DNA of 62,370 nt, the filler included, from Choristocarpus tenellus KU-1152 (Eukaryota; Protista; Phaeophyceae), in assembly GCA_964200185.2 (NCBI GenBank). It is 8 parts of 8 records of this genome, joined end to end, with 100 filler letters (N's around TTAATTAATTAA, not from the genome) between each part and the next. Parts side by side here need not be neighbours in the genome. Positions count along the whole stretch, not along the records: positions 25,095 to 49,615 come from CAXNAD020000208.1; 7 more parts are not named here. One strand, written 5' to 3'. Below are positions 25,729 through 45,565 of this stretch, piece after piece; within the stretch, counting starts at the first letter, position 1, and every line of letters starts with the position of its first letter. The notes beneath the pieces are model-generated. The model did no database searches. It was given only the letters and a program-made list of their open reading frames with translations, and was not told the DNA's origin. Made by a program: the position numbers and the translations under genes.

Positions 25729-26624
25729 TTCTTGAGGATGGATAGGAAGGTCATCTTGTCAGTACCACGTCATAGATGTGCACCACTTTACGTAGATGAT
25801 TGGATGTGGGGGTGTCTTGTCTTTAGGTTTGTTTTTCAAGAGCTGTCAAGAAGGGGTTGGTGTTGCTCAGTGAGCAGTTGCACATAGACTATATTTTGGA
25901 AATTACATAAATGGCAGATTCTTCTTTTGGAGTCCACTTGACGGGAACAAACTTCATGTGGCATGAGTGGGTTGGTAATGACACAATTTCATGATTATAT
26001 ATACCTTGCACTTTGCCATGTGTATCCTTCGTGGCTTGATAGATTGGTGAAATGTATGTTGGCAAATAGGAAGAGTGGGGGCCATCATGCCTTGGGAGGC
26101 TAGCCTATATGTGTCCTGTGTTCACCTCTACCCCTGGATAAGTGGGTGCTCAGTATGATACGTTAATCAACAGGCAGGTAATGCTGCCAACTTAACAAGC
26201 GTCTGAGGATGCTTTTGGTTCTGCTTCCTCAATAGAGAGGAAGTGCTCAGTACGTCTGTGTTGTAAGCAATAAAAAATAAAATAAAGTGAACATGCATGT
26301 GCAATTTCCTCTTATTACTAAATACACGTTGAACTAGAAAAGCTGCTCCAAGAAGGGGCGCAAGGACTCTTTGGTATGCTTTGTGCAGAGCAGAAAGGGT
26401 ATCCAATCAGTAAGTGTTGCTGACAGGTTGAGCAAGTACAAAGTTCTTTGAATTGGTTGGTGTGTGCCAACTGTTGTTCTTATCACATAGATTGCAACCC
26501 TCATCCACCTAACCACTTCCACCTCTTCTATTTCCCTCTGTAGTATCTAATGCATAATCACAACCTGTGCTTCATTGCACTCAAAGTTCCACACAATGTT
26601 CTGCTAGGATTGTATTATAGGTGA

Positions 26625-29600
26625 CTATTGCTTGTGCCAGGTGACCTCCATTACTTCACGGATGTTTCCCCGACCTGTGTCAAACACCTTGACATCCCTG
26701 CAGCATAGCCTTCCTTCTGCTGCAACCTGTGCACGGAAGTGGGCCGTGCTACCCCCAGTTCCAAAGTAGAAGCGTTTTGAAGCCACAATAGCGCGGCCCT
26801 CTGGGGCTAGGTGGCGCAAAATCATGTCCAGGACCTGAATGCAAAGTTGAGAAGTGATGGATTAAAGTTGTGGTACGACTGCATGGTGCATGGCTTCGTA
26901 CACAAAGGAGTGCTACACCTTCAAAGAACAAAAAAACAAAGGATGACCAGCTCTTTATGTGTTCTTACATGGAGTGAAAAGTTATGGAATGTTTTGTAAG
27001 AATGAATGGGGGTTGGAGATCTCCACATAATTGAAGTGTACAACTCCAAGTCATCAATGTTCACACCCTTTCTGTCAGTTCTTCACAGGTGGGTACGTAA
27101 TTTGAAAAAACGTACAAAAATGTGTTGTTTGTTTCATGCTTCAAAGGATTCACCCAACTCCACATCATAGGTTCTTGTGCTTTTTCGATCACAATAACTT
27201 TGGCTCTTCCTTCCAACCTGAAAAGTCTTTCTAAACAAACACAATTGAATTGAGAATTTCTTCTCTAAGCCACATTTGATCCTAATTCAACCTCATAATT
27301 TTAGAGTGGTAACACAAAAACCCCCAAGCTTATCATGCCTTTGTTTCCCATACAACGCGTACGGTGGAATATCCAAACGATTTCACCCTCTTGTTACACT
27401 TCAGGGCAGTGGCAATGACCATAAAACGTAGTATGAAGAGCAACACAAAAAATAAAAACCTAACCCAGTCAAAAGGTATTGTCCATGTTTCTACTTAAAC
27501 TTGTCTTGCAACCTAGCCTCTATCACATTTGCTTCCATCACACTTTTAATAGAGGATTGAAGTGACTGATAGTGTTTTGTGTCAACTTACCTTTGTTCAT
27601 TCATGACCACAAAAACATAGCACCCGCATCATACCTTCCTATTGCACTCTAACAGTATCTCTTCATATTTCATTCTACGTAGCTCATTCTGTAGCTACTT
27701 GGACCAATAGGGTGCTTAAATGTGAAACTCTAGGAACAGGCAGCAGTGTAGGCATCTGTGGGGATGGTTCAAAACACATTAGTTGCTTCCATGGAGAGGG
27801 CAACGAATGATCTGCTGACAGTATTGATTTATTTTCTATTTCATAGCCCATTAGCAAAGCAAACCATCGTCCAACACTCACCTTTTGGGTTACTTCAACA
27901 TTGTACAGTGTTTCTGCTGTCAGTATCAAATCGAATTTTCCTCCATGTGAGTCCTGATTTCGTTTTGCACCCATGGAGAAGGGAATAGAGTCACAAGGGG
28001 GGTTCAAGGAAAGAGTCATGTTAAAATTTTGTTTGGCTTCACAGAAATGGTTATGATCGAATAGTTGCAGCACCTCAACAAAGTTACTCTGACTTGGCTC
28101 ACCCCTACCTTGTACTATCTTTTCTAGTTCGTACATTATTGCTTCCACCCTAACCCTAACCCTAACCCTAACCACCATGCTCCTAATGACCAAGAACTAA
28201 AAATACTAACACATCAAACTTAACATGCATGCTCCAGAACGCAGTCTATGTGATAGTTACATTAGTATTACAATCCAAGTCTCAACTTCTTCCTGGACAC
28301 CTTGATGATATTCGACTTGATATTTATTTTTTATAATTTGAAGGTTTTGATATCATAGTGCAGGTGCAAGGATGCAGTGCTAGTTTGATATCCTACGTGC
28401 TGAAATGGTACTCCTCCAACAACCCCATGACAACAGAGATGTGCTCCTAAATCAAAATGAAAAAAAATGGTTTGCTGCTGCATGCTGAACAAGCAACTCT
28501 TCCGTCATGGGAGCAATGCAAAACTTGATTCATTCAGGGTACGCCACAGTCCTTCAGTACTCCAGTATGACGAAAAAAATACTGAAAAATTCTCAAGTCC
28601 TTACTACTTCTAGCAGTGGAGACAGGGCATTCCAATCACCACAGAAGAATTCCCCAAGGTGCCACAAGCTAAGTGGAACATTAATCCGGACATTGGGCAT
28701 GGTAGCATGCACCAGAACCTCGCGATTGTAGTCTGAGAAGCAAACGTGACAACCTGCACAGAAGGAGCAGAGTCAGAGACTGCAGTTAGGATCTTTTCAC
28801 AGTTGTAAATAAGCGCGAAATATCCCACAACAGTAGTTCACTACAAGTTTGAGATTATGGGGCATTTAGGGTAACCTCCAAGAAATTTCCTGTTTGCGTC
28901 GGCCAACAAATGAGTAGGCATTGTCGGTATGACTGTGTTCCCACCTACTTTGGTAGACATGCTAGTAGCTTCACCTGTTTGGGGGTGATAAATAGATTTC
29001 AGGGTTTTCAGATCCTTCGAAGACATAATGACCGTATTGAACATGTGCCAATACGGTTTTGGTCCGTCCTACAGAAAGGGGTAAAAACGAAAGCTTCGAT
29101 GACAAGATTCATGACCAGATCAGAGACCAAGCTCAAAAATTGTCAGCTGTGGTTTTGAGGGGAATCGACTTGTTGAACTCTGCAAAAGAACCTCATTGAA
29201 TTTTTACGCAAAACAACATCCTAATCCCAGTATCAATGTTCGGCAGAGAAACCAGTTCTGATTTCCTTCTTGGTCTTGCAACTGGAGATGCCACATGTCA
29301 AATCTACCAGAGCATAGCGGTTGCTCGGAGAACACTAGATGTGCCAAGTATTTATATAAGCCATTCAACAACCTATTACAAACTACTCCATCACCCATTG
29401 TGTTGCTGGTGACCGAGGATCGGTGAAATACTTCAACCAAATATTCTGTACTTGGTAAAATAAGGACAGCAAATACATGCTCACCATGCCTCATTGCTAT
29501 TATTCCTGGAAAGCCATGTCCACATCCCAGCTGTGAAGTGCACCAGCCGCAATGACAAGCACATATCGTGGGACAACAGTTGTAGAGCAGAATGATCATA

Positions 29601-30520
29601 TTTCTTGCCACTCTAGCACGTGCAGGATTGTGGGCCTTGGTGGTGTCGAAATCCTCACATCAGTCAGTTGGATTATGCGCGAATCAAACTAGGCACGTGA
29701 AAAAATTACCTCGAGTACCCTCATCTGTCCTTCTGGTCTCTTGGACAAGTTTTCTTTTCTTCTCTCCCCACCACCCCCAACTCCCTCTCCTCTTGAAACC
29801 TGAAAACAAGTGTTTGCACTCTCTGCTATATCTTCTCCGAGTATCTCCTCAGCATCTTCACCTTCAAGTACTCCACCATTCATAAAGCCGACATCCAATA
29901 GGTAGTCCACCATATCTATGCTGGCTTCCCACACCTTCATACCACCCTCATATACCCCAGGTAGGAGATCGGTGTCTTGAGGGGCTGGACACGCTGCGTT
30001 TAGGAAGAAGGATCCAAGGTTGATCGGCCCTGCGGTCTCAAACCTATGTGCATACTGAACATGGAAGTCAAGAGCCTCCAGTTTGTCTTAGTTATCTTAA
30101 GGCAATGGTCAATACTTGGCGACCGGTTTATTTTGAACCAATACTCTCCAGGACAAATCAAAAGAGGGTCATACCGTCACGTGTTGGGACGACTCGAAGT
30201 AGAGAGTGCTCCCTCGCCTTGGAAGATATTTCAACCTTCTCAACGCTCATACCCTCCTTCATAGTACCTTGTAGCGTCACGAATTCGATTGTTGGTGCAA
30301 AGACAACGTCATGCGAATGCCACAATGGCACATGGTACACATCTTGTAGCAATACAATGGTTTGTGGACAAACCACATTCTCACCATCTCCCCATTGCAC
30401 CCTGGAGGCCGGAAGCATGGAGGCCTGTCGAAGCTTGGGAAGAGCTTGGGTGTCAGCGGAAGGAAATTCCTCGGCGGCTCCATCTTCACTTTTGGGTGGT
30501 ATGAAATCAAATTTGAACAT
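26625..30520 (-). CDS. METTL18: Histidine protein methyltransferase 1 homolog (METTL18/Hpm1 family), 7 exons
   Basis: Exons 30385-30520, 30175-30267, 29710-30029, 29485-29530, 28605/28608-28753, 27882-27953, 26625-26834. Family motifs: MFKFDF start, DLLPGVYEGGMKVWEASIDM, RVLELGCGHGFPGI, FSDYNREVL..TMPNV, FFCGDW, KFDLILTAETLY, ASKRFYFGTGGS, NIREVMEV. Confidence 0.93.
28147..28173 (-). repeat. Interstitial telomere-like (CCCTAA)n in a METTL18 intron
   Basis: accctaaccctaaccctaaccctaacc. Confidence 0.8.
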
Positions 30521-30720
30521 GGTGACTGACCCTCCACTTCATGGTTTAAAAAAGACCAAAACATGCGAGGCTTGTTATATTGGATTTGAAACGTTTTATC
30601 GTTGGTAATATATTGTGTCATATTTTGTGATACGGCTGGATAAACTCTCACAGTCTCATCGCGACTTCGCCTTGCTGGAGCTAGGCTGTAGTGAATACAG
30701 AGACTGGAGGCGCCAGGAAC

Positions 30721-32784
30721 ATGAAATCAGAAACCACCCAACGTATTCCGAGAGGGCGGTGTAAACCTCCTGTCCCTCCACGTCCGAAGCGTCGTCGAGG
30801 GTCTCAAGGCGGAAGCGTATCGAGAGTTGAAGGGAGACGCCGGCAATCGCGAATAGTCGTATTGCCACAAGGACTTCCCGATCAACCCAAGACATTGTCA
30901 GCACGAAAGAGTGGATACGTGGGTTTCAAGCGCAAGGTGCCCCACCTCCTAGAAAAAGATTCGATACGCTCTTCTGGGCTAGGTTGCACTTCAGGTCTAC
31001 CACCTCTTATCTCATCACCACCCTCTTTCACAATTCTCTCACGATCAAGAACGAAGTCATGACTTGCTTGGATGAGATTTTTTGCCAAAAATCCAAAAAT
31101 ATCCAACCACGTGGGTACTTGGGCACACACATGCTTTGCGTCTTCTTCGTGCATATCAGATTAAGTCGAAGACGTTTGTTCCACTTCTTTTCTTTTTCAG
31201 CTTGTGGGGGGTGGCGATTCACACGGTTTGTGTTGGTGGTGCCACAAGTGGGTATTTCATATGGACTGTATCATGTGAGGGGCTGGTGGTTGTCACTGAG
31301 GGTGGCAGGTGAGGGCAAAAGAAGGAAAAAACGCATTGATGAGTGGATCGTATTGTGTGACATTCACTCCACTGTGTGACATTAGCACAAGAATATGGAA
31401 CAATGACACACCTTTTCATAACTTACACATTTTACCTACTCCGAAACATTTTGGAATAGGTAAAATGTCATTGAAAACCTATGGGAAGCCAAGGCCGAAA
31501 TGGACAAACAGGGCAAAACTCATACCCTCTAAGATACTTTCAGTCTGACCTATAATGAAAGAGCAAAATGGAGTGCATTCAGGCAAATCGGACCAACATA
31601 GATGTTGCACTGTCATCTGGTTTGCAAGCGTGAGGAAGTCCGAAGACCAACAGAATCCGACCGCTCAGCTACATTCCACAATTCTTCTATCGTTTGAATC
31701 GTGTGAACGAAGGATCCATGGCATTGTTGAACTAGTCACACGACAGATGCCACAGGTAGACTTATTATCCGCCGTTCAAGTCATTAGGTGGGTTGGGAAT
31801 CAATATGGAGTTGAGAAATTGTACGAATGATACCATTTTATCCAATGCAATATGATACGTCAAGTTTTCTTTTTGTAGGTAGTCAATAGGACACACTAAC
31901 CCCTCTAATCTCCCAATCTCCTCAATAATATCGTGTATAATCTCTGCGTTTGAGCTTCTTCCATCTTTGTCCCGAACGGCTGACCATAAATAGAGCAAAC
32001 GGTGAACAAGTGTACTGGATGGGATGGGCACGCTACAATGGTCAGGGACCAAGCATTACTACAGACACCACCATAGTTAGCGATTCTCCAACAAACACCT
32101 CATCATCGACGTTTCTGCAACCGACTGGCATAGCTGGGTCAAGTATACCTTCAAGCTCATGGCTACATGAATTGGATGTCCCAACGGCAGTCATGGGTAT
32201 TTTGACAGCTCTAGGACACGGTCTGGGGCTGCTTTTCCACGTGTTTGTACTGACCATCCTCACTATGCTCTTTCAACACCAGTTCCGCAATAACGGGAAT
32301 GTTTTCCAGCCCATTGCCAAAGGTGCAGTCATGCTGTTCGTATGGCTAGTGGCACTGGGGGGCATTGGCTTCTACTTCACAGTCCAACAGAGCTTCACGT
32401 CATCCATTATATTAGCGCTTGAAAACGATGGCTTCCTATGTGAGGTAAGCCTAAATCTCTATTATATGCAGCACGACATACTTTGGAGTAATTTCTAGTT
32501 ATGGGACATAAACGAGTGACAAGTTTCCCTTCTTGTGTGTTGTTTGTAGTCACTTCCTACCTTGATCCACCCCCATTGTTCTGCTGCAGGATAAGCTGGG
32601 TATCAAAGGAAGGTACTCTTATATCGCCACAGGCTTCAGTTGTGTTGTAAGTCTGTTGAGTGCATGGCTAACGCTATGGTATGGGAAAATTGCTGACATA
32701 GCATTGACTGACAGGTTCCAGAGGAAAGGCTCATCATCATTCGGTGATTTTTCAGAGAAGGCAGAAGGTCGACCACAACCCTAA
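30721..32784 (+). CDS. Putative multi-pass membrane protein, divergent from METTL18 (5' exon structure uncertain)
   Basis: Penultimate exon ~31994-32443 has hydrophobic helices (AVMGILTALGHGLGLLFHVFVLTILTMLF; GAVMLFVWLVALGGIGFYF) and ends ...FLCE|gtaag. It joins in phase 0 to the last exon 32590-32784 (DKLGIKGRYSYIATGFSCVVSLLSAWLTLWYG...PQP*). Candidate ATG 30721 and exon ~31629-31754 could not be linked with certainty. Confidence 0.55.
31380..31545 (-). mobile_element. MITE family A, partial reverse copy
   Basis: ...ggacaaacagggcaaaactcataccctctaagatactttcagtc. Confidence 0.8.
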
Positions 32785-32999
32785 TGCTGTAGTAGCAGTG
32801 ATCAAGTCAAAGCTAGGGACATGAAAAAAAAGATACAGGTAGCAGAATAACGGCAAAGAAGTGAGATAGGTTTATTGTGTCTTGCCTTGAGTGCTATTCA
32901 ACATGAATCTATGTATTTATATTGTTCAAGGCAAGTGCTGGAAATTAACCCTTAGCATGTGCCCCCTGGTCAGGGGTAAGGGGAGCCATTTCCAAGTGC

Positions 33000-33960
33000 A
33001 TACAATGCTTGGCAAAGCAAACCTTGAAGCTGTATGGAGGTTATGACTTCAGTTTAATAACATTTTGCCTTTGAAAGAAGACTCCAAGTTGGACGAATTT
33101 CACCAGAAGAGGCTACATGCATGGATAGTTTGCACTCTTCCAGTTGTAGCTTCCAGAGTGCTGAGGAATGAAAGGTCGAACAAGTGGTAGTGGAGTATCA
33201 CATGCACCATTACCCCTTCCAGGTACAGGAGCTCAGTTGATGAAGGAAGAACCACGGACACTGCATGACTGGTAACGGCTAGGAAATCTGTGACTATGGC
33301 CTTACTTGAGTTATGAAAGAAGTTGCCGTATCGTCTAAAAAAAAATGGTGTCAAACAATAACTATGTTTCCTTCATCAGTCAAGGGTGATGAGTCCTTGA
33401 AGGCCATAGTTCGACCATTCTGATGGTTCAATCCAAGTCACACTAAGATTCCACAACGACACGTAGAGCGTGCCAGCTGCAGATTGGGTATGTTTGGCAT
33501 GCCATGCTATAGTATATGCAAGAGAAGGAAAGTATGCTACGTCAAAGTATTTTTTAGTCCACGGAGAGGTGGATCTTGTGGTTCCCCAGGATAGGCAACA
33601 GTTGTTATTCCATTACAGTCAGTGCATCATTGCAGAACCCAATATTTCTAATGCTCGGGATGCCTTAGGTATGTGCATGATATTATCCTAATGGGGCCAA
33701 AGCCTTGGCATACGCTTTGATATGGCTTAAGAGGACCTCTGACAACGTTTTTGAGAACAAAGAGAGTAGTGCATGGAGTCCAATCACATATATGCTGGAC
33801 CCGACCCAATGATGACGGAGGATGCTTCTTTCACAAATGTACGAGGCGAGCTGGAGCTCCTTCGGGCTCCATAGAGTTTGCCAGATTGAAGTCCATGGAC
33901 TGTTTGGCTCCATCAGTAACACATCTATACCCTCTGTTTGGGTCTTCTGGAAGTACACCT
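33000..33960 (-). mobile_element. Degenerate hAT-like transposase remnant
   Basis: Stop-containing frames give ...ARLVHL*KKHP (BED-finger-like end) and SSKAIVTDFLAVTSHAV, resembling the hAT catalytic-region motif W.S......YL.VTAHFI. Confidence 0.3.
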
Positions 33961-34619
33961 CACTTTACAACTAGGATTTTTGAAACACTCAAGTTCACCT
34001 TGAAGGCACCGCTACCAGTTTTTCTCCCCATCCCTCCCATCTTTCCCTTCCGTGTTTCTTAGTTGTAAGTTTACCACAACTGTTACTTTTTAGGGGTTCT
34101 GATATTTAATTGGCTTTTCATTGATTTTTTTCAACACACATCTACAAAATGTAATAAAAATATTGCAATGTGATCGTTTAACACTAACAATTATATATGG
34201 TATATGCTTTTAACATGGCTATGTAGCGCCTTGAAGCCCTACGTAGCAGAGTTCACAAAATCACAAGTTTTGGAACTAACTACTACCTGTATCTGTTATT
34301 ATTGATATTCTTACCGATATCCGATCACGCATTTCCATTTCTTTCTAACACTTTTTTGGGGTAAGACATCAGTACTACTTTCTTGAAGGTAAGGGGAAGG
34401 GTACTAGGACTGTGTACGGTTAGGTGCTGCAGGTGGGATACAGCTGCAGAAACACAAGTCGTATGACTGGGTATAGATAGAATTTCTACGCGTCGTCAGT
34501 TTTTTGCGGAGTTGGTGACCTGTCTTCAATGCTTTTGAACACACGCACATGAACACGAATTGTCTTGCTCTCATCGTTGTATTGTTGCCCATCTGCAGGT
34601 CTCAGTCCCTCTCATCATC

Positions 34620-40544
<5,925 letters not shown>

Positions 40545-42468
40545 GCACAAGGATTCGTGGAAGGGTTGGACACACCTGGTGCTAGAAAAGCATGTGGAAT
40601 AATGCCAAGGCATTTGGGGTTGGGGAGAGTTACGTGGTGGATGGATCCATTCTATTGGGTGATGGTGACACGTAGTCTTTTTTGTTGGTCCACTGTTGTG
40701 TCTCGATGTCTTATGCCTCCTTCCCTTCATTTTTTAGTTTTTTGATCTATACAATCTTGATAGTGCATTTTGTACTGATGCCTGGAAATGGTCTCTGCTC
40801 TTGTTTTGATGCTGCTGCTGATGCTCATCCCATCTGCAAGACTCAACTCAGGCGTTGTATCAGTTAGGGTTTGTCATGCCAGGGTGGTTTTGTTCACCTG
40901 ACAAGCAAACTGTTAGTGTCTAGGCAAATTGAGATAATAGAGGCTGCCTACTTGTAGAACCAATGGGTTGGAAGTATGAGATTGATCCATGAGGGATGGA
41001 AGACCTTTAGAATAGGGAGTGTGATGAGGAAATGTCAGATTTTGTTGGGTAGGTTAAATGTGATTTTTGTGTTTTTTGTTGTCTTCTAGGAGAGGATAAG
41101 GCAAGTTAAACAACTTTTTTTAGCAAGGCTGCTGTGACTTCACCTGAGTCCAGTTGATAAATCATACTACTAGAAATCACACAAAATAATTAAAGGTGAA
41201 GAGGAGCTTCATTTGAATAGTTTAAATTGTTGAAACATTGTCACACCCAGTTGATGGAAGGAACTCTCATGTCCCAACATAGTAATCTCACCTTTTAACT
41301 GGAAGCTTAATCACATGTGTGATGCTTTCCAGATCAATGACAACTTTTATATATGAAGGGGTTGGTTGTTTTGACCACCACCATCCTTGAGATCTTATCA
41401 TAGCCTGCAGTAGCCCCAACCATAGGTTTCAATACTCCTCTCTGCTGGGTTGGATATTTCTGGAGAAATGATGGGTAGTGCAATGGGGCAGTACTCACAC
41501 ATATATAGGCACATAATAATAAAAACATTATCTGGAGTACTAAGGTACTGAAAGTGAGGTTATTTTAATTTGTTTTAAATGTTTCACTTAGTCTGGGACT
41601 TTTTTGTGCTACCTCACCCCCACCTAGCACTAGTCTTGTGGTATCAGTAGCTTCGCCCTCTGTGGCAATCTTAGTTTTTTTCACCATTTTGCCACAAGAG
41701 TCATACAACAATATACATAAATCAAATGAAAGCGTATGACAAGGACTTTTGAAGGTTTGTATCCATGAATGTCCAGGCTTCGGGAAACGGAAGCTATGTC
41801 CTGATCAAATAATGGCAATAACGCGGGGGAACATCTCAGACGCAATTTTGAAGGTCAGGACTTCAACATGGACAAAAATGAAGTGGTTGACTAACTCCTT
41901 GCAAAAAACTGATCAGGGGTAGGTCGCTGCCCAAGTTTGTTGTGTGTGGCGATACCGAAAGTGGATCTGGATTGACCTCTCCTTGGAGGAAATGATGCAG
42001 GGCATGCATGAGCTATGCTTCTGTCCTTGTCATAACATCCTGACAGAGGTGACTCTGCACCTGGGTGGGGCCTCAAGTGAAGGGTTGGCTTTGAACAAGA
42101 CATCATGTATGTGTCAACGCTCTTGGGCAGTGACTTGTAGTCCAAAATGGTCAACCTGAAGGGGAAGGTATTGAATATTCTTTGTTAGATTGTTTGACCT
42201 TGACTAGTTTAGACCCATCGACAAATCATGAGAAGCGTGCATGTGGGGAAAACTGGGTCAATGCCCAACACAACGACTTTCTCACCCTACTGCTGCTTGA
42301 AGTCACTGCCTACCACTTTAATGGAGCCATCCAGTCTTCATTGCTCTTGCTGTGTATACAACTCTCTCCTCTGCAGCATCTCTCCCTCTTGTTGCTGAAG
42401 TCATGCATTTTCCACTCTTCCCCAGGGTTCAGCATCCCTGACCATCCTGCAAATTGGAGACAACAGAA

Positions 42469-42731
42469 GAGCCAAAGTGTCTTAGGGTTAGGGTAGGGCC
42501 GTGTCTGTTTGGTGGTCAAAATCCAATGTTGCGATTTTGATGTAATTTTGGCTATCGTTCTTGTTAGGAAGTGTCAATACCCTTGTTCTGTCCACACCTT
42601 TTCATAAAGTGTACATTTTACCCACTCTAAAACATTTCGGAGTAGGTAGAATGTCATCAGAAACCCGTGGGAAGCCAAGCACTAAACAGACAAACAGGGC
42701 AAAAATCGTACCCTCTAAGATACTTTCACTC
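42469..42731 (-). mobile_element. MITE family A, full reverse copy
   Basis: TIRs gagccaaagtgtcttagg... / ...taagatactttcactc; TSD agaa on both sides. Confidence 0.9.
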
Positions 42732-44576
42732 AGAAATATCTGATCAACAATTTCACTGAGATTTAATGGAGGCCAACTTCACTGTATAAGAATAGAGTAT
42801 GTCACATAATTTGACTACCATACCTTGAAGGCTGTACATTTTGACAACGACGAGGAGAATAGTTTACACCAGGCGAAGATGAAGAATACATGTATGTGTG
42901 AGTGGTTTCAGCTTGCCTATGCATATATTTCAGGTGTCTCGAGCTGAAATGAAAACTTCGGGTAATTGTTTCCAAGTACAAATCCTTCCCTTGATTGCTT
43001 GTCAAATGAATTGAGATTTCAGAAAGAAATTGGACACAATATGTTCAAATTGATGGACAAACGTTTGATATAACGTGCTTACAAGGTCTGGGGGCACTTT
43101 TGACAGTCCATATCCCTTATACGCTGTATCCCTCCCTCAACAAGTGGTGCAGTGGAGTGAACATGTACTGCTCAGTCTGTGGGGATCTGTTGTCGGACAA
43201 AGGGAAACGACATTGAGTTGAGCACCCAAGGAACACAATGCCAGCAAAAGGAATTTTGAGGCATGCAGAACTGACAAAGATGCTACCTCATAGTAAACGA
43301 CATGGCTCCAACTCCTTTATCATGTAAATTCACCTTGGTGTCTTCATAATGAATTGATCATCGCATTATGGCAAATTGTGACCAGCCGCAATCACAAGTG
43401 CAGCTAGATCTCCTGGCGATTAGTCATGAGCCGAGATGACATCATGCACCATAGATGTTGTAACCAGCACTAATATGGACACCCCTATCATAATATGTTA
43501 CGCCGCATCATAGAGCAGAATGAAGCACCTGTATTGATAGATATTGTCACATGCTGTGCAGGTAAAAAAAAATGCAAACATTCAAAATTTTGACAAGATC
43601 CAGGGGTGATTGTCTACAATCCAATATAGAAGCACGACATTTAGTGTGCACTAGCACTACTATTGCTTGACAATACAAGCATGTGGAAGACATCCTCATG
43701 GCAGCTGGTACCTGTGGAGACAAGATGTCTCTCGTCATAAGAGAAAAAAATCGTTGTTCCCCTGGAAGAGGAGTAGTTTTCCTATCAATACCGCATAAAT
43801 CGTACGTGGAAACAGATGCAGAGGACTGTTAGAGGCAAAGGTCGCCTGAGGGGAGCGTTTACCACTCTCAAAGAATGCATAGGTCAATACACTACTGCCA
43901 AATGAGAGGTCTTGATTTAGCATTGAAGGATATCACACAATGAATGCAACAAGATAGTGCAGTTTTGGACTTGAGAGAAGGACTGGACATTTCTGAAGGG
44001 CATAGGAGTAATGACATTCGAAATGGGCGGAATGGTTGCTGCACAAAATATGGGGTGAGAAGGAGCCTCGACAGTGGGATGGGCCAATGTATCAGAATGG
44101 TTGGGGGGATTGGGGACAGTATCTGATTTCTGGATTTGTTTTAACCAGCAATGGCTTTGCCTCTAAACTTTGGAACAAGTGAATGGCGACTATATGGCTG
44201 GAAGGATGATGTCAGCTGCTCATCACTCAATGACGTCTCCATCACCGGTGAGACTTGAATGGGGGAGATCATATGGACTACAAAAGCTATGTTTATTCTT
44301 GAGATTTGAAAGGGAAGTTTCATCTCGGTATGGTGAAATTTCAAAAGAGAGGGGGGATAGGGATGGAAAAAAATAGAGATTGGGAGAGCAATTGTGTTGC
44401 TGGACATGTCACGTTCATTGCATACGAACAAGCAATGCCATAACACAGCATTATGTCCAATGTTCATTTCTGGGTTGTCCTAATTTATGGAGGGCATATA
44501 GCAATTGAAGTCTGATAAGTGAAAAGGCTTCAAGGTCTAGGATATGCAAGGAGAGGGAGAGGAGCGTTAGTGTCTT

Positions 44577-44787
44577 GGGTCAAAGTATCTGGTGGGGGGG
44601 GTGCCGGCGTCCGTTTTTGACCTTGGCTCAAAGTACCTGGGGGGGGTGGTGGAGCTAAATGTTTCATGTCGTGATTTTTGGGTGATTTGGTTCCATACGT
44701 TGGATGGATAATGACAGTGCACTTTTCCTGGTGTTGGTCCCAATGGACACTTTGGTGAAGACCCCCCGCCCCCAGATACTTTGATTC
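44577..44787 (+). mobile_element. MITE family B, full copy
   Basis: gggtcaaagtatctgg(g)n ... cccccagatactttgattc; TSD tctt. Confidence 0.88.
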
Positions 44788-45340
44788 TCTTGGGCTAAGA
44801 TTCAATTTACAGGGATCAAGGTCGACCTATTTTCAGTTGTGCTGTTTAGTCTAGAGAGTGTCGTAGAGCTATGTAGTTTCACCTTTTCAAGGAAGAGGTC
44901 ACTGACTTCACAAGTTTACTGACGCTGCAAAACTATCAGCCCATTCCTCAACAGCAGACAACTAAAACCACCCCATGCCTCCAGCAAAAAAATATAGTAT
45001 GGCTTCATGGAGGGTCGACAAATTATTCAAGGACCATGCACACCCTCTCACAGTAGATGTTCACTGTGACGAAGTCATATCGATATTGCCATATTCACTC
45101 GCCCGACCGCCTTGAAGACACGCAGGCCCCTATCAGTCTTGTTATGTTGCTGGTATCCTCTCACCCACTTTGCCACCCATTCACACATCAACCTGTCCAC
45201 CCGCCAAGTACTTTGTCTCCCAATCTTTTCCCATCTTTTCGATTGTTCATCCCACAGTACATGCACCAGGAATATTTTCAATATACCCTGCTGATACAAC
45301 TGTCTGCCTTTCCAATCACCACCCTTAACCATTCATAACA

Positions 45341-45565
45341 GGGTCAAAGTATCTGGGGGGAGGGGGTGCCTGCGTCCGGTTTTGAACCTGGCTCAAAGTA
45401 CCTGGGGGGGGTGGTGGCTGTCTATTTGGAGCTAAATTTTTCATGTCGCAATTTTTGGGTGATTTGGTTCCATATATTGGATGGATAAAGAAAGTGCACT
45501 TTTCCTGGTGTTGGTCCAAATGGACACTTTGGTGAAGAGCCCCCCACCCCCAGATACTTTGGCTC
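45341..45565 (+). mobile_element. MITE family B, full copy
   Basis: Aligns to 44577-44787; TSD aaca. Confidence 0.9.

Noticed and set aside
25047-25754. 235-aa Gly/Val-rich minus-strand ORF
   Set aside because: Antisense shadow of the Pro/Ser/Thr-rich plus-strand frame; it runs into the gap.
30656-31222. Minus-strand ORFs upstream of METTL18 as an extra gene
   Set aside because: Frames do not join by splice sites and overlap the more plausible plus-strand gene start.
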